Of a stretch of DNA of 17,504 bases, positions 1 to 9,800 are shown piece by piece. The translations under genes and the position numbers were made by a program. Where the stretch lies: NCBI GenBank assembly GCA_043228905.1, contig JBHGNT010000693.1:1-17504 (forward strand), given 5' to 3'. This stretch comes from Azolla caroliniana (lineage: Eukaryota > Plantae > Polypodiophyta). The notes beneath the pieces were generated by a model, which did no database searches, was not told the DNA's origin, and was given only the letters and a program-made list of their open reading frames with translations. The stretch's first letter is position 1. Every line of letters starts with the position of its first letter.

Positions 1-610
1 CCTAGCATTTATTAGGTGGGCTATTCTGTTTGAAAAAAGTGGCAAACGTTCTGACCAGCGCATTGTTATCTGTTAGAAATATTCTTAGAAGATATCCATC
101 AAATAGCCCTGCCGATAATTTATCCGGCGAATGCAGAATACAAGTTTTTATACCCATATACCATAAAACAACCAGTCCTTATCGGTCCCGTATGATTCGT
201 TATATCCTATCACTACTACCAAAGTGCCTTCATACTTTCATCCGGAATTTAACAGCTCCCCGATTACACAAATATATCAAATAAAAACACAAACATGCAC
301 AACACAAGCCAACACTTATTCATATTTCAAGAACTATCTGGAAACTAACGGCAATTAACATTGACTTGTAAAATTGTAAAAAAGCATTCATGCTGATAAT
401 ACAAACGTTTTATTGTTAAAGTAAAATAAAATATTGGGTAAAACACTTTATTCTGTAGAATCATATCTATACATACTACATGCATTTTTTTTCTTTGAAA
501 AATGTTGGCTTTGAAAGTATACTTGAACAATTTTCTCCACAAACCCTACTGCTAATTTTGTTTTAGCTGACCCAACCGCATATTCACATTTTATTTTGCT
601 TTCAACTCAC

Positions 611-815
611 CCTTTGACTTGAAGTTGAAGGTACATTACTAAGGCCGTTCTGGAAATTTTGCCTCTGCAGTACTTCACCATAGAACGCTGGTTCGTCCAA
701 GAAATTTGTACCAGCCAAAGTTTCCAGACACTGAAATGGCGGAAGAGGACCGAAAGGTCCAGAACAATCTGGAGGTGTAATATTTTCTGATAGTGAGGGC
801 ATAACGCTTGAGGAT
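611..815 (-). CDS. hiw: hiw/MYCBP2 exon Q (SSSVMPSLSENITPPDCSGPFGPLPPFQCLETL...SSQR)
   Basis: Acceptor TTTTTAG|A, donor AGG|GTGAGT; 205 nt, phase 2 to 0; inside ORF 602..907. Confidence 0.85.
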
Positions 816-3800
816 CTAAAAATAAAGCAGCATAAAACGTCCCTTAACTCTGTTTTGTTATAACATTGATAGTATACAAGGGTCAGGCATGTATTGTAAT
901 ATCTCAAACATTATTTTTAAAAAATATAAATACATCTGAAAGGGTTCTAAAAATATCCGGCATTTTTCTCTTACTTAGGCTAATATTTTCATTACCTTCT
1001 CTGATGACCCATTCCAGTAATCAGCCGAGCTAGCCAGATCCAACAGAAACAGGGCGTTATTTTTCATGATAATGTGATGTTCCCTACCAGATGTGCCAGG
1101 TCTTATGGTCAACGGTTTTCTGTGTATGATCGTTTTCGTTTTTGACGAGGATGGTTTAGTTTTTGAGGTATTCGTGTACTTTTCTCGACACTGTTCGCAG
1201 AGAAGATACCAAGAACTTCCAGCTTAAAATACATTAAGTAGGAGTTAGGTGTTTTTGTTTAATGTTATTTACGCTAAGTAGCACTAATTTATTATTCTTA
1301 TATAGTGAAAAAGTGTGTAGTAGTTAATCTGTCCGTTTGTATTTTTCACTAAACTTATTAAGTATGGTATGGAGCACATATGTTTCTTTTGGAACATTAC
1401 CCCCGCGACGTCATCTCAGCAAGACAGAAAGGTAAAGTGATTCCCTACAACTAATTTTCGAATAAAACCAGCATATTTCTTGCCTTAAGATGCAAAAAGA
1501 TTTACAATATGTTACCAAATGTTCTACTTACGGACACCTCCGTCTCCGCAATTGCCGGCCCAACCAAGACAATAATTCCCTCCCGAATTGTACCCCTTAC
1601 CGCCCGCGTGTTGGCCGCACCCCCGGATGCTCCTGATGCATGTGGTAAGTCACGGGGGTGCGAAAAACTGTCGCCGCAAAGTTCGCAAAGAGTTTCGCCA
1701 CCCGATGAGTGGAGGTAGCTTGAGAGACCGATGTCTTCTGTAAAATTAACAGTAAGATGTATAAAAGCCTTTTTTATGAACTAAATTGCCAATAAAAAGA
1801 ATACACATACTGGAAGTTAACCTTGAAGTTACAAGTAAGTGTAAAGTGTGTTTACAATATTTATCAATTTAAAGCTATTTGAATATCATACCTAGATAAT
1901 TTCTTGGTGGCATTTTCTTTTTTTTATTTTTTCTTGCTTTCTTTTTCAATTGTGTTATTTTTTTCTTTGGCGTCAATCTTATTAATCTCCGAATTCTTAC
2001 TCCTGTCCTTAGGAGTGGGTATCTAAACAGTCAAAAAAAATTCTTAAGTTTGAAAAAAAATAATTCACTTTGTTCTCTTTATCTACTAAGCAAACTCCGA
2101 CTTTGTACATTTATCGTGCCTGATATTCTTAGATGCACTTTTGGACAATGCTGCCTTTATTATATGATCATACGATTTACTAACAGTGATCTACTGTGTA
2201 GTAAGTCAACAAAACCTTAAAAATAAAGTTAATCTAAATTAATTTGTGCAGAGGGTTAGTATTCAAAATGAACACTGATAAGTTTCATTTGCGTTATGTT
2301 AAACGAATTTTTAAAAGGAGTGTTGAAACTGCTACAAAATATATTAAAGACGTTTATTCGAATCGTGCTCCCGCTCTAAGGACAGTTAACAAGTGGTTTG
2401 GTACATTTCGAAACCATCAACTTCACTCTGGGCGAAATTCGGGCATTAATAATGACTTTATCCATGATTTGGTGAGTAGTAATCCAAGGATTTCAACTAA
2501 ATAGTTTGCCGAGAAGTTAAATTTTGACAGATCGACAGCTTTCCACCATTTAAAATATCTTGGCTATACTTTGAAACTCGATATATGGATTCCACACATT
2601 TTGACAGAATTCAACAAAGTGAAGCGTGTTTCGACTGGTGTTTCTCCCTTTGTAACAAAATGATTCTTCTTTGGATCGAGTAATAACTGGAGTTGAAAAA
2701 TAGATAATGTATCACAACATAAGTAGAAAAGAAACTGGAAGTATGAAAGTGAATAAGCAGAATCTGTGGTAAAAGCTGAATTGTACCTAATAAAAAAATT
2801 ATTGTGTCTGGTGGGATCTGAGATAAATAATTTCAATGGCAAAAATGGCTTTTGTGGTTAAAAACTACCTTACAACCTTAATGAATATAAACCACCGAAT
2901 TTTTATCAAAAATGAATTCTAAAACTTGTATAACGTTGGGAGAGAGTTATAGAAACTGGTGGAAAATACATTACTGATTAATTAAAATATGTTTTTATGA
3001 AAATATGATTCATTTAATTTATTTGAAATCGGGGCACGAATTTTTGCACGCACCTGATATAAAGGCTGTTGTGAGGCAATGTTTTGTCATCATTATTAAG
3101 TTAATGATTTAATTGACTGGTGAGCCGCTAGTTCGATACACCTAAATATAGTTATTACTCAAACTCTTGAATAAACTCACTTGTTCGCTCATATTCTGCA
3201 AACAATTCAAAGTTAATTCTTCCCATAGGTACACCAACGACTTTAACGCGGGCGGCAACACTGATATCGTTTGATACGTATAGTTCTGATCGCCGCTCTC
3301 TTCTTTGATCGTTCCATCGGCTATTTTTCTCGAACGGTTTCTGTTTGCGCTTGCGTTCGCCGCCGAACGGGTCAGGGATTCCAGAGTGGATGGTTGAATG
3401 TGCAAATAGTTGCCCGCATTACTAACCTGTAATTATTTTAAATATTTATGGTTTTTAATAAGAGTAGTTTGTTTATCCCCACCTCTACCGAATGGCGTTG
3501 TCGGGCCCTTTCCTCTTTGGTAAGCTCCTTACGTCTTTTATCAACTGGGACATCTTGGTGTCTCGTAACCACTTGAGCCCCTTGCTTGGGTAACGTTGGA
3601 TGGAACTTTAAAAAGGATGCGCAAGCCATAGCATCATGAACTACGCCCTAAAGAAAATTAAAAATATATAATCAACTACTATGCAATACAAACACGATTA
3701 AAAAAATAGTTTTTTTTCATAGTAGAAACAATAAACTGCACATAATTTATAAAGACGAAGTCTGAATTTGAAACTCAGACAGTTAGCTATGTTATGCATT

Positions 3801-6800
3801 TAACAAATAAGTAAATACATATATTTTATTAGACTTTTAAAGTTAATTTCTAAAACAAGATTTCTGAGCTTTTACTCGATTTTTGGCTATTTTGCCACCC
3901 TAAAACTTTTTTTAAAAATCTAATAAAATTTAAAATTAGGCCTAAAATTGTTTTGGCAAACAAATTTTAAATTGAATCATATTTTTCAGATGAATTATTA
4001 GCTTATTATTAGCTAATCTTAAAAATAATATCACTATTAAAATGTTACCCGGCAGATAAAGGAAGTGCAACGGTAAAAGCAGATTTTACTGATTACAAAA
4101 ATATAATTTATATATTTTATAAATTATTTTATTTTTATATAATTTATTATATATAAATATAATTAATATTATATCATTTTACAATTGGTCTGACGCTCCA
4201 TCTACCAGACACTTCCAGAGTCCGAAGTCAAACTGTCGCTAGATTTTGTCTTGATTTCTACCGTTAATGGTAGATGGCGCGTCAGATCAATTGTAAACTT
4301 TTTGATACCAACAAACATTGGTGAAGTATGGGAACTTTTGAGAGATATTTATTCTTTGACTAGCTTATAGAATTGATATAGTTCGAAACTGGTAGAAAGA
4401 TGTCGTTAGGATAAAAATATTTCAAATATAGGTTTGGTTTTCTACCAAACTATAGATTTTTATAATTTAATCGTTTATAGATGAGGAAAATTATTCTTTA
4501 TTAAACCACGAGCCTACAAAAAATTGGAAAAACAAATTTACACCAAACTATACAAACACAAACAAGAATTCACAGATAGGGAAAGTACTCTTTTTTGCAC
4601 CATAACTTCGTGTTGTTTATTAAATATTTTGTTATTAATTTTTTAACTTAGTTTTGGGTGGCGAAAGAGCCAATAATCAAGTAAAATATGTGAATCCGCC
4701 GCACATATAAAGAATATAATTTCTGATTACAGCATACCTCGTGCCACAGAAACGCAGCAAACACAGCTCTCAGCGCCTCAGCTACAGAAGGACTCACAGC
4801 TTGTTTAACCGGTTCTGATGCCTGATAGCTGATTTTGGAAGTAGCCGGCAGCTGGTTCATCCTAGCTGGCGAAATTGCTCTTTTCGGTCTGCTTTTGGAC
4901 GATCCTCTGTCTTTCCTCAGCATTTTCGGCGATACTTTTTCCTCTCGGTTCACCGTTCCGATTAAAAAATGACCTTTGATCGAGGGGTTGGTTACGTTTT
5001 CCGGAGACGTTTGAGTGCCCGTTTGAGTTAGTTTCTTGGAAGATTGATCGTCCTAGAAAATTAGTATTTAGCAAACTTTTAAGCTAAGTATACTTTTATC
5101 TTGATTTGATTTAAATATAGTTTTTACATATTTTTTGGCTTAATAAAGTATATACACGACATTGGTGAGAACAATACAAATTTTAAACAATTATCTACTC
5201 CAATAAAATAAGTCTATTTTTTAAAAGTAAGAAATTAGTGCTTTTTTTTGTACAGTCAGATTTTCCACCCTTTTTGCTCTGAAAATTATTGGAAAAAATA
5301 ACAAACTTTAGATGCAAGAATATCACATAGTTTGTAGTTTTGAAGCAGTGTATCAACGCAGAGTACTGGGGGCTTTCCTCTTTGGTTTTTCCTTTTTGTA
5401 TAGTCAATACCTTCTGAAGCAACATCAGTCTTCGGACTGACTATTGACTATTCAAAAAAGGAAATAGCATGTAGTTATTTACCGATTATGTTTAAGAGAA
5501 AAAATGTTAATTTTTTTAATTGGTCCATCTATTAACATCTGCCTCCATCAGATGGCCAGCCCATTTCCATTTTTGCCTTGCCACCCGTTCTGCGATGTCT
5601 ATCACCTTTGTCTTTTGTCTAATCCATTCCTTTATCTTTCAGTCCTGTAATCGTATTCCCAGAATGTTCCTTTCCTTCTTTCTTTGAGCAATCCTTAAAC
5701 ACTCCATGACCCCCTAAGTTAAAACTCCATGTTTCTGCGGCGTACGTCAAGGTCGGGAGGACACATTGGTCAAAAACCTGTGTTTTTATGTATTGTGGAA
5801 ATTTGGAGTTAAAGATATCACTAAGTTTTCCACATGCCGTCCATCCGAGCTTCTTCTGGAGATCTCCGCTCTCTGACTGTCCTTATCGAAGGATATTCTT
5901 TGTACAAGGTACAAGTACTCGTTTACGACTTTAATTTTACTGTTGTTGTCAAGGTCAACAACAAAGGTATTGTCATTTAAAATATTGCTGTATATTTATA
6001 GGTATTAATAGACTATGTCGTAGGTTTTTAAAGATGTCTCCTAGGATGTGTCTATGATCTGGCTAAATGAATCAGTAAATGCTGATTTTTTTACCTGAGA
6101 AAGATATCATTAAGGTGATCACCAATATTGTAAGGACTCCTCAAAAGGTATGATCTTGATTAACTTACTTTTCATTTATACTAAGGTTATGCCTCAAGAT
6201 ATAGAAGTGCTGTTAAAAGATAAACCATCCGTAAAGCTAAACATTACTGGTTTTGTGCCAAATCGTTTTTCTATTATTGCATGCTAGAAACTTGAAATAT
6301 TATTGATATTTTGTATAAGGGCAATCTTAATTTGAATTTATTTCTTTTCGATTCGGATCTGCAACATATACCAACCCATAATATTTTGGTTATCAATTTT
6401 ACATTGCGGTCATTTATATTGTCCATAGTTTACCTAAAGAACACAAACATTAAAACTAGCGAAGAAATCCGCCTCTGATTTTTTATATTTCATATTTTTA
6501 TCTTTCTTCGTCACAGAATTAATAGGTCTATTAATATTATATCAAAAACCGTTCTTACCGAACATTCCCTCTTTAACGAATCGGGCGTGTGCGGTGGACT
6601 GTTTGTCTGCAAAGAACTTTCGCCGGGACTTTGAGAGCTTTCCTTAGATTGGGTTGCTTGACTGGGACTCTGTGATAGATCTCTTGTCAGGCTGCTTAGT
6701 AAAGCGCTCGTGTCCGATTGGTTGGAGCCTCTACGAGTAACCTCTGGACATGTTGGACCTAATACTACATATCAAAAAAAATGTACATCTCTTATAGATA

Positions 6801-9800
6801 AATACATTATTGGTTGGTAATCACCAACCATTTTTTAGCAATTTACCGTTAAAAATAAAGTATAATCGGAAACTTATTTTTATATGAAAAATCTATAAGG
6901 ATTCAAGTTTTTTTTATTGTTTAACATATTTTTGTATAAAAAATATATACTATATTAATATATAATATAGTATAAGAAGGAAGGTGTAAAACATCATTAT
7001 TAAATTTTATTATTCTCCAAGTTATCAAAATCCTAACGTCAAACAACTACCCACAAAACACATATATTTTACATTTTTTGATTTTTACTAAAATCATAGC
7101 CACAAAAAAATCAATATATTAATTTATATGTACAAACCTAAAGGCGATATACCAACACTTCTTGATGAGTATATAATGGGACTGCTACTACCGCTATCTT
7201 GAGGACAGGGTCTATCTATCAAAAAATAGTATTTTTTTTTAATTGGTCAGACGCGCCATCTACCATTAACAGTAGAAATTAAAGCGAGACAGGCGACATC
7301 TAGCGACAGTTTCAGTGTCTCTGTCTCGCCTTGATTTATAACCGTTAATGGTAGATGGCGCGTCAGATCAATTTTTAACTATTTGATGCCAACAAACATT
7401 TGTTAAATATGGGAACTTTAACGTAAATAATTACTTATTTACGAGTGCAACCGCAATAAAAACTAAAATCCATACAAATCAAAGTGATTAGTGTTTGGTG
7501 ATGTAGAGGTTTAAAAAATATTTTCCAATTAAAACATAAAGTAAACCCAAATATATTAGAGATAAGTATAGTGGTTTAAAATTGTATTTAAACAGGACAC
7601 AGAAATGATACGTCATGGGCTAAAGTCCAATTTAACCAAGACTATAAGTCAACTCACGATATTTTTCTTTAAGCGAAAAAACACCAGACTTACTAGAGAG
7701 AGCAATAGGACTAGCACTTCTGCTTAAAGGTTTGGGAGAAAAAGATCCAGTTCTTGGACTCTGTGACCTTTTGGGAGTATCAGGCGGAGTAACACCATTG
7801 CCATTGGAACCAATTTCCAGTAAAGACCTTGAAGGTACGTCCGAAAAACCTTCATTTCTACAAAAGAAAAAAAAATCGATCCCAACCAAACAAAGTCATT
7901 ATAAAAGATGTTTAAAATTATTTATATTTGTAAGGGCAAATTAAAATAAAATTCTTATTTTTAAAAATATTAACTCACGCATAGGAAAAATACTTACGCC
8001 TGTCCTTCCTCGGCCCTAATAAACTTGGGTCTAATCTTGGGCTTGCTATCTTTTCTTTCCCTCTTGGGGACTTTCGGAGGCTCGCATTCGGTGGCTTCTC
8101 CAAAAACAAACGGGTTGGAAGAACTCATCTCCTCCGATTTACCCTTAACGGTGCCCGAACTACTTTGTCCGGAAAAGGAAAACTCCCCGCTCGATTTAGG
8201 GTAAGAGAAGTTAAACCCTCGTTTTTGATTAGTGTCTGATATCACCTAGGAGTCATAGAAAATTACATTACACATCAAAAATGACGGCTAATAGCGCAGG
8301 CTCGTCGTATGCACAAACGCAAATTTTTTACAAAGAAATTTAAAACAATTGGGATGGAGACTTACTCAAATAAGTATATAATTTTATCAAGAAAAGGTGG
8401 TTTCTATAATAAAAATAATAACAAACACAAACAAAAATCAATATTGTCTTCAAGTCAAGTACTGTCGTGTTCATAAGTAATCTGTCTTCGGTGGTGGTGT
8501 TTGTTTATATTTGGATAACATTATTACTGCGATTTTCGTGAAACTTCTTTCAAATTTGCTCAATTATCAATGATATTCTGGATAATTATCCATATCATTT
8601 AGCAATTAAAATGAAAGTAAAAAGCATTGTTTATTTTATACCTAACTACAACTTTGACAATGTCAATGTTTTGGAACACGTGACGTCACAGGGGGCGTTT
8701 CACAGTTATCCGTTTTGGCTCTAAATTTAAAATTGAATTTTAAATAAGCTATTTTAAAGGTATTAGTTGTCTTAAAAAAATAATTGTAAATAGTTCGGGC
8801 TATATTTGGTACTTATGCATTTTTTAAAACACTTTCCCAAAAATAGTCCACATCCCTATTATTTAGAAAAACAATACTATTATAATATTAAGAGAAGCTA
8901 CTTTTAGGCTATACGGTATTTCAAACTTCGTGTGAGATATGCTACTGCAACTCAAAATATTTGGTTTTTTAACTAATGTTTCCCAGATACATCGAACCCA
9001 AGACCAATATCCAGACTTCTCAGGCTAGAAAGGGAGTACTTCAAGGCAAACTAAAATGACTGAAAGAAAATCGGAAAACAATATTTGAAAAGAGATTCTT
9101 ATAACGTTTTCCTTTTATACAGAACTATTTTTTCGCTTTCACCAAGTAGAGTTTGATTTATTAGATTTTTATGTTAGAATATAGATTTATTGTTTGATTT
9201 ATGGAAAGTGTCAAAATCAAAAACTTAAACTTAATTTCTTATAAAAATATATATAATCCTTTAGGTAACAATGAAAAGGATTTCTCTTAACATTTTTAAG
9301 CATATTTATTAACTTATCGAATTTTAAATGTAACGCAAAACAAACTCAACTTAAAAAAAAATATTGTTAATACAATTTACTTTCTATTAATACAATTAAA
9401 TGTCTGAAAGTTGAAGTTCGGACTAAATTAGCTTTAAATGATCAGCCCAATAATGAATCCCTTAAATATCAAGTTTTACATGATTCCTCTTGCAACGTTA
9501 AGTGTATTTAAGACTATTTAAAAACGTAGTTTCTTCCTTAAACATTGTAATAATAAATAAATAGTATTCGATTCTAAGAGTAAAATGACCAAACACCCCT
9601 TACGGAAAGCCTATGTCCTGCAGTGGATTCAAAGCGGCTCTTAACGATGATGATAATTCGATTTAGATGGTGGGTTTTATGATACCAATAAAATAAGGCC
9701 TGGGGACCAAAAAACAATCCGTGTTTATTAAAATTAACAAAAACCAAAACTTACTTGGGGATTGTCAGATTCATTGACATTATCCAAATACAGAACGTTA

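Noticed and set aside
1-542. ORFs 30..284 and 345..542, and a possible next exon after the CTAACAG near position 70
   Set aside because: No recognisable Hiw or other motifs; the candidate exon's translation is unconvincing and cut by the window edge.
1509-1718. Plus-strand 69-aa ORF
   Set aside because: Antisense shadow of exon O; it is open across the two apparent insertions and has no recognisable product.
1620-1932. Three +1 insertions as a compensated frameshift or programmed recoding
   Set aside because: They sum to +3, but stops occur in between (TAA at 1924-1926 and a TGA in exon O) and the conserved Cys motif would be lost; a fourth insertion remains uncompensated.
4862-5074. Minus-strand 70-aa ORF overlapping exon K
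   Set aside because: Alternative frame; splice phase and the conserved downstream block support the DDQSSKK...FLWHE frame.
5195-5425. Minus-strand 76-aa ORF
   Set aside because: AT-rich chance ORF with no motifs and no fitting splice sites.
6050-6530. Splice-like signals suggesting extra exons between J and K
   Set aside because: In-phase stops or implausibly short introns; J joins K directly in phase 0.
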